A stretch of 64,000 nt of DNA from Candidatus Harrisonbacteria bacterium (lineage in GTDB: Bacteria; Patescibacteriota; Minisyncoccia; UBA6257; 02-FULL-45-10c), in NCBI GenBank assembly GCA_016192685.1, contig JACPTS010000001.1, positions 458,628 through 522,627 on the forward strand, in the 5' to 3' direction. Position 1 is the first letter of the stretch; every line of letters starts with the position of its first letter. Position numbers and translations under genes: made by a program. Shown here piece after piece: positions 8,910-18,917 of this stretch. The notes below the pieces were generated by a model, which saw only the letters and a program-made list of their open reading frames with translations, made no database searches and was not told where the DNA came from.

Positions 8910-10808
8910 ATGATTATGGGGATGTCTTCAAAAAATTTTTTTAAAGAAATTTTTTTGGCTTTATTTTTGGTTTTACTTTTTTCCAGTCCCGGAATTGCCG
9001 AGGCTCATTGCAAATGGAGTCATCCGCACCATTGCGTTACTCAAACAGTTGATAATTTTGGTCAGGTAGTTAGTAATATTACAGCTGTCACTGTTAATTT
9101 TTTTATTACTGCTTATAATGTTACCGTGAATGTTGTAGCGGTGGCGTGGGATATGACTGTTGTAGTGGGAACTGGAGGAATTGCTTGCGTGGCAGGCGTG
9201 GATTGCGACGTTCTACTTAGAGACGCGGGTTGCCGAATCAACGATTTAACTCAAGATCCGCGTCACCTCCGTTGTTTTGAGCAAGGAGGAATTTTAACTA
9301 TTGGCGAGATAGCGATTGACGCTCCTGCTTGTTTGGCCGCCGGCGCCGAGCTGACTTTTTATGATGCGGGGCCGCGTTCTCCGGACGAAAAAAATTCCAC
9401 GGTTCAGATTTATCGTTTTACCCTGCCTCAAACCGAGCGTTATTATCCGGTTGGCGGCTTAACCGATGAACAAGCCCAAAACGCGGCAGTGATGAATTGG
9501 ATGGCTGGCCTTGATAATCAAGTCGGCAACGGCCTTATCAGCCCTTATGATTTTATTAAAGAAAGCAGTTATTTTTTGGCCAAAGGAGCCGCGGCCGCGC
9601 CGTTAGTGGAAGTTCCGTACAATAAAGTTTGCGGCGCGAGCGGCGTTTGCAGAATTCGGGACCAAGCCCTGCCCAAAGATAAATTTTTCGCTTATATCGC
9701 GAAAACTGCCGCTGATTACGCGTTAACTATTCCCAAAGGAGCAGTTTATCAGCTTCAGGGTGAATGTCCGGTTGGTAATAGCAGTTACACGACTGGCGGG
9801 AAGATTTATTGCGTAGATGAAGCGGGCCAATACAACTTTAACACTTATAAATTGATGTATTTCTTTATCAGCGATCAGGGCGGCAGAAGGGCGGAAGCGC
9901 GCTACGAAGCTCCGCCTGGCGGCTATGAAAATTCCGACGGGGATTGGGTTCCTTGGTTCGGAGAGCCAAAGTGGTTCATTATTGACGCTAACGGCAAAAG
10001 GATTGACGCGGCTATTGACGCTTCTTTGCTGGAAGACAAAGAAACATCAGAAATTTCCGGCATTAAAAATAATTACGGCAATTATTATTTTAAATTCACG
10101 GAAGATTTCTTTTTTCGGCGGCAAGGAAAATTTTTAAGCGCCAAATCCGGCCAGCCGGTAACGGACACCTATATCGGTTCCCCATTTAATTTGGTTAACG
10201 GCAACGGCATTTTCGGGCCGTTTAAACCGATTGCCGAGACGGCTTGCCCGCCGATTCCGGCGCCAACCGTTATTAGCCAAACCTGCAACGCGGTTACTCT
10301 GGAATCAAAAGAATCAAAGCCACTTAATGTTCTTAGGCGGGTTAAGGGCGATACAGGCGGTTTTATTTTGGCGGGCCAATTTGATTTTTCCGGCGGCAGA
10401 ATTTTTACCGATGCCAATCTTCAGCCGCATACCAATTATGAATATGCTTTGGTGCCGGCTGCCGCGGATGCGGGAACAGTGGTTCAGAATGACCAAATAA
10501 TTGAGGCTTATACTTTTTGCCGGCCAAGTTGCAAAATTTTATCTGAATCTGCCGCCATACCCGAGTTAGGCTCGGCAGATTTAAAGTGGCAGTGTGCTTC
10601 CGATACGGTTCCGATTTCCTGCCAGGTTCAATCCGATGACCGTAAAATCGGCGTTAAATCCGGTTTGAATTCCGCTGGTTCGTTGAAAGTTTCTCCGTCT
10701 GATGATTCCCGATATATTTTAACTTGTATGAATGTTGACGGTTCGGTTACGCTTACGCCGTTTAAGGTTAATATATTGAAGCCCGGTATAAAAGAAGTAA
10801 AGCCATGA
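8910..10808 (+). CDS. Large secreted Cys-rich hypothetical protein
   Basis: Signal peptide, many Cys, no recognisable catalytic motif. Confidence 0.4.
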   Translation: MIMGMSSKNFFKEIFLALFLVLLFSSPGIAEAHCKWSHPHHCVTQTVDNFGQVVSNITAVTVNFFITAYNVTVNVVAVAWDMTVVVGTGGIACVAGVDCDVLLRDAGCRINDLTQDPRHLRCFEQGGILTIGEIAIDAPACLAAGAELTFYDAGPRSPDEKNSTVQIYRFTLPQTERYYPVGGLTDEQAQNAAVMNWMAGLDNQVGNGLISPYDFIKESSYFLAKGAAAAPLVEVPYNKVCGASGVCRIRDQALPKDKFFAYIAKTAADYALTIPKGAVYQLQGECPVGNSSYTTGGKIYCVDEAGQYNFNTYKLMYFFISDQGGRRAEARYEAPPGGYENSDGDWVPWFGEPKWFIIDANGKRIDAAIDASLLEDKETSEISGIKNNYGNYYFKFTEDFFFRRQGKFLSAKSGQPVTDTYIGSPFNLVNGNGIFGPFKPIAETACPPIPAPTVISQTCNAVTLESKESKPLNVLRRVKGDTGGFILAGQFDFSGGRIFTDANLQPHTNYEYALVPAAADAGTVVQNDQIIEAYTFCRPSCKILSESAAIPELGSADLKWQCASDTVPISCQVQSDDRKIGVKSGLNSAGSLKVSPSDDSRYILTCMNVDGSVTLTPFKVNILKPGIKEVKP

Positions 10809-11173
10809 AGGGGCAAGTGATGCTTATAACAGTTTTAGTTCTTTCCGGAACTATTTTGGGGGCAACGGCGATTGCCGGCCTTTTGATGGTTTATCAATTG
10901 CGCCAGTCCAATGATGTCATAAATTCCAATAAAGCGATTTTTGCCGCGGATTCCGGAATTGAATGGCGGCTGTATAAATTTTTTAAAGCCGACAGCCAGA
11001 TTTGCAAAGAATGTCCGGACGGCGGCGTTTGCCCGGGACCCAATTTTGAAAATGGCGCCAGTTTTCAGACTACCTGCGAGCTTTTAGGGGGCGGCGCTGT
11101 CCCAACCGTTAAAGTAAAATCCACCGGCACTGCCGGCAACAATTCCAGGGCTTTTGAAATTATTTTACAGTAA
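10805..11173 (+). CDS. PilX-N-like pilus-associated membrane protein
   Basis: N-terminal TM LITVLVLSGTILGATAIAGLLMVYQLRQS resembles the PilX N-terminal domain; overlaps the downstream S8 gene start. Confidence 0.35.
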   Translation: MKGQVMLITVLVLSGTILGATAIAGLLMVYQLRQSNDVINSNKAIFAADSGIEWRLYKFFKADSQICKECPDGGVCPGPNFENGASFQTTCELLGGGAVPTVKVKSTGTAGNNSRAFEIILQ

Positions 11174-14018
11174 AAAGATTTTGTCCATGAAGCATTTTCT
11201 CATATTTATAATAATTATTTTGATTATCGGTTTTTTCAGCATTGCCGCGACGTGGTTTTTTGAGTATCGCCTGCGATGGCCGGTTGTTTCTTATTTTTTT
11301 TCCGGTTTTGACAGTTGGGAAATGGTTAAGTATCCGAAAAGAGTTATGCTGACTTTGGAAAATTGGAGCGATGCCGAGCAAGCCGCCGCTTTAATTAAAA
11401 AAAACGGCGGGCAGATTATCAAGCTCGTTCATTGGCCGGAAAAAAATGTTGTGATAGCCCTGCTTCCCGATAAAGACGCGGAGCAAATTATCCGCCGGGA
11501 CGCTTTCTGGGGCGGAATCGTTGGTTTTTTCGGTTTTACCGGTGCGGGAAATAAAATCGGAGGCGGTATTGATTCCGTGATTACCGATGGAAAGGTTTCC
11601 GCTGATTCCGCGCAGGTTCCCAATTGGGGCGTTTTGAGAATTAAAGCCAATGAAGCTTGGGCCATGAGCCGCGGCTCGGGCGTTCGCATAGCGTTATTGG
11701 ACAGCGGGATTCAGCGCGACCATCCGGATCTGGCCGCGAATATTAAAGGAGGAATTAATTTTATTGCCGGATTGGGCGCTGACCAATGGGGTGATGACGG
11801 TGGCCACGGAACGCATGTCGCCGGAATTATCGCGGCGCTGGATAATGATTTTGGCGTTGTCGGCGCAGCGCCGGAGGCAAATTTATTCGGGGTTAAGGTG
11901 CTGGACGGGGCTGGCAGCGGATATTGGAGCGATGTGATATCCGGAATTTATTGGGCCGTGGAGAATAACATGAAAATCGCCAATATTAGCTTGGGCGGCC
12001 CGCAGGGATTTGATGAATTAAAAAACGCGGTTGATTACGCTTATCAGCACGGAGTTTTGCTGGTTGCGTCTGCCGGAAACAACGGCGCCAGCGGCGGAGC
12101 AGTCAGTTATCCGGGCGCTTATGATTCCGTGATTGCAGTTTCGGCGACTATTCCGGACGACCGTCTGGCTTCCTTTAGTTCGTACGGGCCTCAGGTTGAA
12201 TTAGCCGCTCCGGGTTCCGAGATTAACTCCACTTCCAATAATAGTTTATATTCCGCGCTTAGCGGCACTTCTTTAGCCGCCCCTTTTGTAAGCGGAGCCG
12301 CCGCGCTGGTATGGGCGAAGAACCCTCAATTTACCGCGGTTCAGGTTCGGGAACAATTGCGCGCCACGGCGATTGATTTGGGAATGCCCGGAAAAGATAA
12401 TCAATACGGATACGGTTTGGTTAATGGGCGGGAGAGCGTGATTGCCAGATTGCCGGCATCGCTGATTTTACTTTCTCCGCGGGGCGGCGAGCAATGGCAG
12501 CAGGGTACGCTTCATAATATTTTTTGGTCTTCGCAAAATTTGAACCAAAATGAAAATGTTGACATCAATTTAATCAGGCAATACACCGTTTATGACGATT
12601 TGTGGGATTCTGCCGGAGTAGTCAGCAGCGGAGGCGCCAGCGCCGGGGCGCAATGCGACCAGTTTTTGTCAACTTATAATCGTATTTACGCTCCCAACGA
12701 AAGATATTCTATTAATACCCACAGGCCGCATTGCACTTTTAATAAATTTATACGGAGGCAGGTTGTCCGGGAGGCTGTGGAAGCAATCAGTATTGCCAAA
12801 GGAACAATTAATGACGGAATGGAAGAGTGGGCCGTGCCGGCTGATTTGCCGCCCGAAGGCCGATATTTTGTTGAGGTAAAATGCGGACAAGATTTTGTCG
12901 GCGTCTGCCAGCCGGGAAAAAGTTCCGAATTCAGTATCGCGTTTACGCCTCCGCAGTCATTTTCAATTCTTTTTCCCAATGGCGGGGAGCAATGGCCGTT
13001 GGGAAGTTCTCAGTCGGTAATTTGGTCTTCCTCATATTACGGTTTAGTCGGCGTGGACATCAGTTTATTTCAAAACAAGAGCACACCTCAATATTCGCTT
13101 GAAAAAGAAATCGGCAGCCCCTGGGTTGGCATTGGAAGCGCGGCTAATCCGGACACTTGCGACGGCAACAGAGCCTCGCGCGAGAATGGCGGGGTCTATG
13201 CCTGCCCGGCAACTAATTCCAACGGGAGTTTTACTTGTTCGGATATCGCGGAATCGCGCGATACTGCCGGATATTATTTCCAGCGGGAGGTGGCCTGTTC
13301 TTATTTGGTGTCCGGCACGACTGATACCTTGGAATTGGTCCGGCTTCTGGAATCCGGCATTAATAATGACGGTTCGGAAATAATTGTTATTCCGGCGGAT
13401 TTGCCGTTAAGCGACCAATATTTCATACAGGTCGGCTGTTCCCGATTTTCCGGTTCCTGCGTTCCCGGCAGGAGCGGGCAAGCGCTAAGCATTGTCAGCG
13501 ATAGTCCCGCCGGTTTATCTATTTTATCTTCCGGCGGAAATGAGCAGTGGCAGGCGGGAAAAATGCAAACAGTCAGCTGGCAGAGCGTTGATTATCCGTC
13601 AGACGGAACCGTTGATATTTATCTCTTGAAAAAGACAACCGGCGCGCTCCGCTCTTTTTTGAACGTCATTACCTTTGACGCGATTAAGGATTATGAAATA
13701 TTTAAGCCTTTAATGCTGGAGGCTCCTAATACCGGAAGGGCAATGATTATTGTTCCGGAGGATATTAATGCCGGAGATGAATATTTAATTCAGATTGTTT
13801 GCGGTAAGAATACTCTGCGGGCTCCCTGCCATGGCGATATCAGCGATAAACCATTTCGCATTTTAGCCCCGAATTTTGATAATTCTTCCGAAGAGAGAAA
13901 TTTTTCTGTTCCTTACGTTGCTTCCACTACTATAATTAATAATCAGACCCGATTTCCATATCGCAGGGCTGTTCAGCCTTCAAAATTAAAACCCGGATTT
14001 TATGAAATTCGTCCTTAA
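11154..14018 (+). CDS. Membrane-anchored subtilisin-like serine protease (S8) with I9-like propeptide and C-terminal repeated GGEQW beta-sandwich domains
   Basis: Catalytic D (DSGIQRDHPDL), H (HGTHVAGIIAA) and S (GTSLAAPFVSGAAAL) motifs; N-terminal TM; three GGEQW...W repeats. Confidence 0.8.
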   Translation: MKLFYSKKILSMKHFLIFIIIILIIGFFSIAATWFFEYRLRWPVVSYFFSGFDSWEMVKYPKRVMLTLENWSDAEQAAALIKKNGGQIIKLVHWPEKNVVIALLPDKDAEQIIRRDAFWGGIVGFFGFTGAGNKIGGGIDSVITDGKVSADSAQVPNWGVLRIKANEAWAMSRGSGVRIALLDSGIQRDHPDLAANIKGGINFIAGLGADQWGDDGGHGTHVAGIIAALDNDFGVVGAAPEANLFGVKVLDGAGSGYWSDVISGIYWAVENNMKIANISLGGPQGFDELKNAVDYAYQHGVLLVASAGNNGASGGAVSYPGAYDSVIAVSATIPDDRLASFSSYGPQVELAAPGSEINSTSNNSLYSALSGTSLAAPFVSGAAALVWAKNPQFTAVQVREQLRATAIDLGMPGKDNQYGYGLVNGRESVIARLPASLILLSPRGGEQWQQGTLHNIFWSSQNLNQNENVDINLIRQYTVYDDLWDSAGVVSSGGASAGAQCDQFLSTYNRIYAPNERYSINTHRPHCTFNKFIRRQVVREAVEAISIAKGTINDGMEEWAVPADLPPEGRYFVEVKCGQDFVGVCQPGKSSEFSIAFTPPQSFSILFPNGGEQWPLGSSQSVIWSSSYYGLVGVDISLFQNKSTPQYSLEKEIGSPWVGIGSAANPDTCDGNRASRENGGVYACPATNSNGSFTCSDIAESRDTAGYYFQREVACSYLVSGTTDTLELVRLLESGINNDGSEIIVIPADLPLSDQYFIQVGCSRFSGSCVPGRSGQALSIVSDSPAGLSILSSGGNEQWQAGKMQTVSWQSVDYPSDGTVDIYLLKKTTGALRSFLNVITFDAIKDYEIFKPLMLEAPNTGRAMIIVPEDINAGDEYLIQIVCGKNTLRAPCHGDISDKPFRILAPNFDNSSEERNFSVPYVASTTIINNQTRFPYRRAVQPSKLKPGFYEIRP

Positions 14019-14056
14019 GATTATCCATAAGGTTAAAAATATGGCATAATAAATTT

Positions 14057-14893
14057 ATGGGCAGAAACAGAAGGGGCTATATAATGGTATCTTTGGCGAT
14101 GGCTTTGTTATTTTTTAATGGGCTGGCAGAGGCCGCTTACGAGGTGAAAGTTAATCTTAATACTCTTGGCGGCGGGACAGGCCGGGTTATTTTTTCCGCG
14201 ACTTCGTCCCGCGATTTTGAATTTTCCGGCTGGTCCGGCGAATCCTGCATAGGCAAAGGACTTTGCGTTCTTGGAGATCTTATTCCGAAAAGTTCTAAAA
14301 TAGTAATCGCCAGCTTTAACGCGCCGCTGTGCACTGAATTTACTTATTCTGATTTCGGCGCCTGCCAATTGGACGGCACGGCGCGGAGAACCGTCACATC
14401 TGCCGGTCCGCTGGGGTGCGTTGGCGGGGATCCGGTAACCAGCCGGGGATGTTTTTATGACCCTTGCGCCAGAGCCCAGACCACAGAAGTGACAGAGCCT
14501 AGTTTGTGGGAAAGGTTTAAGGATATGGTGGGTTCGGTGCAACAAGGTGATTATAAGGAAGCGCTTGATAAAGCTGTTGATTTAGTTACTGGAGGCGGCA
14601 AAAAAGAGCCCCTCTTGGAGATTCCGTCAAGTTTCCCGCCGGGCGGGGGCGCTGGCGGCCCTTCTCAATATGAAGTGGATGTTAGCGACACGACGGTCAT
14701 TCCTGTTTCCGGACCTAAGCCCGAACCTCTTTATGAGCTTCCTGATATTATAATTACTGCTCCTCGTTATGTTGAACCCAAGCCCGAGACTGAGCTTCCT
14801 GATATTATAATTACTGCTCCTCGTGATAAGCCCGGATTTGATTTTCAGTTTGATACTAGTTTTACAGCAGATCCAGGTGTTCGGTGCAAGTAA
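14057..14893 (+). CDS. Secreted hypothetical protein with tandem ELPDIIITAPR repeats
   Basis: Signal peptide; 33-nt DNA unit gagcttcctgatattataattactgctcctcgt present twice. Confidence 0.4.
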   Translation: MGRNRRGYIMVSLAMALLFFNGLAEAAYEVKVNLNTLGGGTGRVIFSATSSRDFEFSGWSGESCIGKGLCVLGDLIPKSSKIVIASFNAPLCTEFTYSDFGACQLDGTARRTVTSAGPLGCVGGDPVTSRGCFYDPCARAQTTEVTEPSLWERFKDMVGSVQQGDYKEALDKAVDLVTGGGKKEPLLEIPSSFPPGGGAGGPSQYEVDVSDTTVIPVSGPKPEPLYELPDIIITAPRYVEPKPETELPDIIITAPRDKPGFDFQFDTSFTADPGVRCK

Positions 14894-14902
14894 GGATTTA
14901 TT

Positions 14903-17635
14903 ATGAACTCGCAAAAAATCATTTTTGTAATATTTTGCATTATCGCAATCGTCATTGCTTTATTTGTAATTAATAAAATTGAAACTGCCCCCCAGCAAGT
15001 TCCAGTTACAACACAGCTAACAGCGTGGGAAATACCGGCGCCAGCACCGCCAACCAAAGCATTGGCTCCGGCCGGCAAAGAAACTCCTCTGGAAAAAGAA
15101 TATCCCAGGCAAGTAATGATTGGATTGCGAGCTTGGAGCGATGTGGAATCCGCGAAGAAAATCATTACTGATAATGGCGGACAAATAATCAAAACTTTGA
15201 AATGGCCGGCCAAAAATGTCATTATCGCGGTCCTGCCGGATAAGAATGTAGAACAGAAAATTCTGAAAAATTCTTTTTGGGGAAAGTTAATCGGAGGAAT
15301 CGGGCTGACTTCTTTGGGAAATAAATTAAGCGGCGGCGTGGATTACGTGGAAAAAGATTTGAAAGTCCCGGCGCAAGCCATTAATCCCATTGATTGGGGA
15401 GTGGCGCGCATTAAGGCGGATAAAGTATGGAATGCGAGTACGGGCAAAGGCGTGAAAGTGGCGGTTATTGATTCCGGCATTCAGCGCGACCATCCGGACT
15501 TGGTTGCCAATATTAAAGGAGGAATCAGTTTTATGCCCGGTTCGCCGGCTCAATGGGATGACGAAGGCGGCCATGGCACTAAAGTCGCCGGCTTAATCGC
15601 CGCCGTGAATAATGATATTGGTTATGTTGGTGTTGCGCCGGAAGCCGATATCTACGCGGTAAAAGTCATGGGTAAAGACGGCCTGGCCGCCACCAGCGAT
15701 ATGATTTCCGGAATTTATTGGGCCGCGGACAATGGGATGGATGTTGTTAATTTGAGCCTTGGCGTCTATATGGACCCTGTTATATATAGTAAGACTATCG
15801 CGGAAGAAAAGGCGGCAGTGGATTATGCTTATTCGCGCGGCGTTGTCCTTATAGCTTCTTCCGGCAATGAGCCAAAAGATGGGCCGGATTGCGACAAGGT
15901 TATTTATCCCGCGGCGCTTGACGCGGTTATCGCGGTGGGCGCGACTGCCCCGGATAATACTGTCGTTGATTTCAGCTGTCATGGTCCGGAGGTTGAGCTG
16001 GCTGCTCCGGGGCTTTTTAATAATGTTCCGGTTATGGGAAGTTCTTATGGTTATGGCAACGGCACTTCCATAGCCGCTCCTTTTGTGTCAGGAGTGGCGG
16101 CGCTTATTTTACAAAAAAATCCTCAATTTACTCCGTCAGAGGTTCGCGAGCGGCTGGATTCCACCGCGGTTGATTTTGGCGCGCCCGGCAGAGATGAATA
16201 CTTTGGCTATGGATTGGTAAACGCGTATGACAGCTTGTTTCCTCCGGTTTTGCCCGTAACCATTACTCTTATCTATCCAAAAGGAGGAGAAAAGTGGTGG
16301 GAAGGCACGCAGCAGAAAGTTAGTTGGAGCGTGGCTAATGTGCCCAGCGGCGAAAAAGTGGATAAAGTGGATATTCAATTGATTCGCCAATCCGGCGGCA
16401 CAATCGAAACCATTCCCCTTGCCTTGGACGCGGTTAATAATGGCAGTTTATTATTGAATGTTCCTTCCGGATTGTTGGTTACCGGCGCGTCTGACAGTTA
16501 TTATCTTCAAGTAAGCTGCGCGAAATCATTTGTCGGAAAATGCCAGCCGGCTAAAAGCGGGCCATTGGATATTACGGCCGTGCCTCCGCAGGCGTTAAAA
16601 ATTATTTCTCCCAACGGAGGCGAGCAGTGGCCGCAGGGGACAATTCAATCCGTGTTGTGGACAGGAAATTATTTTGGCGGGCCGAATGTTGATATTACTC
16701 TTTTGAAAAAAACGCAGATATCGCAGTATTCTCTTAGTTTTCAGAGTCCGGAATCTTGGTATGGGGGCGGTATTTGGGACCCGCGGGGCATAGATACTTG
16801 TAACGGTAATTTTGGCAAGCGCGTTGACGGCGGAGTTTTTTCTTGTCCCGCAACTTATTCATCCGACAGTTTTTCTTGCGTAGATGTCGCTACGGACAAA
16901 AGCGTGTCAGGATGGTACTGGAAAACAAATGTTACTTGCGCATATAAACAAACAGGTTTAACTGACGCGACTACCCCAGTACAAACACTTGCGGCAAATA
17001 TTATAAATAAAGGCTCGGCGGAAATTGCCGTGCCCAGCGATGCGGAGGGAAATAATTATCTTATCCAATTAAGCTGCGCCAATTTTACCGGAGAATGCGC
17101 TAAAGGATTAAGCAACGCTCCATTCAGCATTATCCGTTTGGCGGACCCGGTAGTTCTTACTATCAATAAATTCGGCGCCGGCGCGGTAACTGACGGAAAT
17201 ATTATTTGCGGCAGCAGCAGGGATGCTTGTTTAGAAAATTATGAAAGAGGAACCGCGGTAACTTTATCTGCCGCGTCAACAAATCCTATCGTAATATTTA
17301 CCGGCTGGTCCGGAGCTTGCAGCGGCACCGGAACCTGCCAGGTTACCATGGGCGGGGACCAGTCAGTAACTGCCACGTTTTCCGTGAGAGCGGTAACTCT
17401 TATCGCGGAGGCGGATCCGGGCTCAATATTTACCGGCTGGTCCGGAGCTTGCAGCGGCACCGGAACCTGCCAGGTTACAAGCGACCAACAATCAGTTACG
17501 GCTAATTTTATTAAAAGCCAGGTTATTCAGACGCCGCCACCTCCATCGCCTTCGTCACCGTCTCCGTCTCCGTCTCCGCCGCCAGCCGCTCCAAGTCCAT
17601 TTACTCCAGTGCAACTTCGCGAAGTTAAGCCGTAA
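14903..17635 (+). CDS. Second membrane-anchored S8 subtilisin paralog with C-terminal FTGWSGACSGTGTCQVT repeats and Pro/Ser-rich tail
   Basis: DSGIQRDHPDL, HGTKVAGLIAA, GTSIAAPFVSGVAAL; same domain order as 11154..14018; 50-nt exact DNA repeat at 17291-17340 and 17421-17470. Confidence 0.8.
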   Translation: MNSQKIIFVIFCIIAIVIALFVINKIETAPQQVPVTTQLTAWEIPAPAPPTKALAPAGKETPLEKEYPRQVMIGLRAWSDVESAKKIITDNGGQIIKTLKWPAKNVIIAVLPDKNVEQKILKNSFWGKLIGGIGLTSLGNKLSGGVDYVEKDLKVPAQAINPIDWGVARIKADKVWNASTGKGVKVAVIDSGIQRDHPDLVANIKGGISFMPGSPAQWDDEGGHGTKVAGLIAAVNNDIGYVGVAPEADIYAVKVMGKDGLAATSDMISGIYWAADNGMDVVNLSLGVYMDPVIYSKTIAEEKAAVDYAYSRGVVLIASSGNEPKDGPDCDKVIYPAALDAVIAVGATAPDNTVVDFSCHGPEVELAAPGLFNNVPVMGSSYGYGNGTSIAAPFVSGVAALILQKNPQFTPSEVRERLDSTAVDFGAPGRDEYFGYGLVNAYDSLFPPVLPVTITLIYPKGGEKWWEGTQQKVSWSVANVPSGEKVDKVDIQLIRQSGGTIETIPLALDAVNNGSLLLNVPSGLLVTGASDSYYLQVSCAKSFVGKCQPAKSGPLDITAVPPQALKIISPNGGEQWPQGTIQSVLWTGNYFGGPNVDITLLKKTQISQYSLSFQSPESWYGGGIWDPRGIDTCNGNFGKRVDGGVFSCPATYSSDSFSCVDVATDKSVSGWYWKTNVTCAYKQTGLTDATTPVQTLAANIINKGSAEIAVPSDAEGNNYLIQLSCANFTGECAKGLSNAPFSIIRLADPVVLTINKFGAGAVTDGNIICGSSRDACLENYERGTAVTLSAASTNPIVIFTGWSGACSGTGTCQVTMGGDQSVTATFSVRAVTLIAEADPGSIFTGWSGACSGTGTCQVTSDQQSVTANFIKSQVIQTPPPPSPSSPSPSPSPPPAAPSPFTPVQLREVKP

Positions 17636-17641
17636 AAAATA

Positions 17642-17681
17642 CCCCCACCGAGCACATAACGTTTTATGTGTTCGGTGGGGG
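17642..17681. terminator. Bidirectional intrinsic terminator built on the GAGCACATAA-family palindrome
   Basis: cccccaccgagcacataa cgtt ttatgtgttcggtggggg with T-runs on both sides; lies between convergent genes. Confidence 0.7.
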
Positions 17682-17686
17682 TTTGG

Positions 17687-18796
17687 TTATTTTTTCTTCC
17701 GCTTGGCAATTTCCTCATCGTCCATTTTAATTGCCTTCTCCAAAATTCGCATTGAAAGATCTGCGTGATATCCATTCTGATGTGGTTTGGGGGAAGTATT
17801 TATTTTGAAGTAGTCGTTGATGTAGCTTACAATTTGTAAGAGATAACTCCCGTCTTTCATTTGGCGATGCCGGTGGTTTCTTGGCACTTCCTTAAGATCA
17901 AGCGCGTAGTAGAGCATTTCGTGGGCCACAATATCATAAATTAATGCCTCCCTATCTTCAAAGCTGAATTTGTTATAGACAGATTGCTCGCCTCGAATGA
18001 TCCGGAAAATGCTCTCAAGATAAATTTCCGCTTTCTTATTATTAAAGTCAATTCTTCCCAAGCCCTTCGGATTTCTGCTTTTGAGAAACACAATTCCGGG
18101 CATCGGCGTATTCGGGTCAATTTCGGTGATTTTCACCGCCTCTTTCCAGATATTTTGGATTAACTGCTCATCGGATTTCCATTCTTGGATTAATTTTTCA
18201 TCTTGAATAAATTTCTTATCATCTTCTCGTTTTTCCTCTTCGTCCTCGTCAATTGCTTTCGTCAAAGACTGCATTGAAAGATTTACGTGATATCCATTCC
18301 GATGCGATTTGAAGCCATCGTTGATTTTGAAGTAGTCATTGATATAGCTTAAGACTGGCAAGAGATACCCTTTCTCTTTCATTTGACGATGATGAAGATT
18401 ACCCGGCACATCTTTAAGATAAAGTGCGCCGTGGAGCATTTCGTGAGCTACCGTATTATAAACAGACGCCTCTATCTCTTTATGGCTGAAGTCATAACCA
18501 GATGTTCCGTCAGATTTTTGATAAGCATCTTGTGCTTTCCAAATAAATTCCGTAATACTCCCAAGATAAATCTCTGCTTTATTATATTCGTAGAAGAATT
18601 TTCCTAGAGCTTTTGGTTCTGTTTTTTTGAGAAATATAACTTGAGGCATCGGCGTATTCGGGTCAATTTCGGTGATTTTCACCGCCTCTTTCCAGATATT
18701 TTGGATTAACTGCTCATCGGATTTCCACTCTTCGCATCCGCTCAAAACTATTACTGGCAAGAGCAGCGCGCTCCGGGCCAATTTTTTAAGGTTCAT
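17687..18796 (-). CDS. Lipoprotein with tandemly duplicated putative HExxH metallopeptidase-like domains
   Basis: Lipobox LSGC; repeat 1 carries HEMLH, repeat 2 carries HEMLY; 82-nt exact internal DNA repeat (18100-18181 and 18646-18727). Confidence 0.5.
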   Translation of the reverse strand: MNLKKLARSALLLPVIVLSGCEEWKSDEQLIQNIWKEAVKITEIDPNTPMPQVIFLKKTEPKALGKFFYEYNKAEIYLGSITEFIWKAQDAYQKSDGTSGYDFSHKEIEASVYNTVAHEMLHGALYLKDVPGNLHHRQMKEKGYLLPVLSYINDYFKINDGFKSHRNGYHVNLSMQSLTKAIDEDEEEKREDDKKFIQDEKLIQEWKSDEQLIQNIWKEAVKITEIDPNTPMPGIVFLKSRNPKGLGRIDFNNKKAEIYLESIFRIIRGEQSVYNKFSFEDREALIYDIVAHEMLYYALDLKEVPRNHRHRQMKDGSYLLQIVSYINDYFKINTSPKPHQNGYHADLSMRILEKAIKMDDEEIAKRKKK

Positions 18797-18917
18797 TACT
18801 TTCTCCTATTGAGGTATGCTTTTAGCTTATATAATAATAACATATATTATAAATTTATGCAAGTTCTTTTTGACGGTAATTTAGAATATAATTTACTTAA
18901 CAGATTCCGTTAAAATT

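Noticed and set aside
18797-18917. Divergent promoter between the lipoprotein gene and ligA
   Set aside because: The sequence is AT-rich with a ttgacg, but no convincingly spaced -10 element; I could not place a promoter with any confidence.
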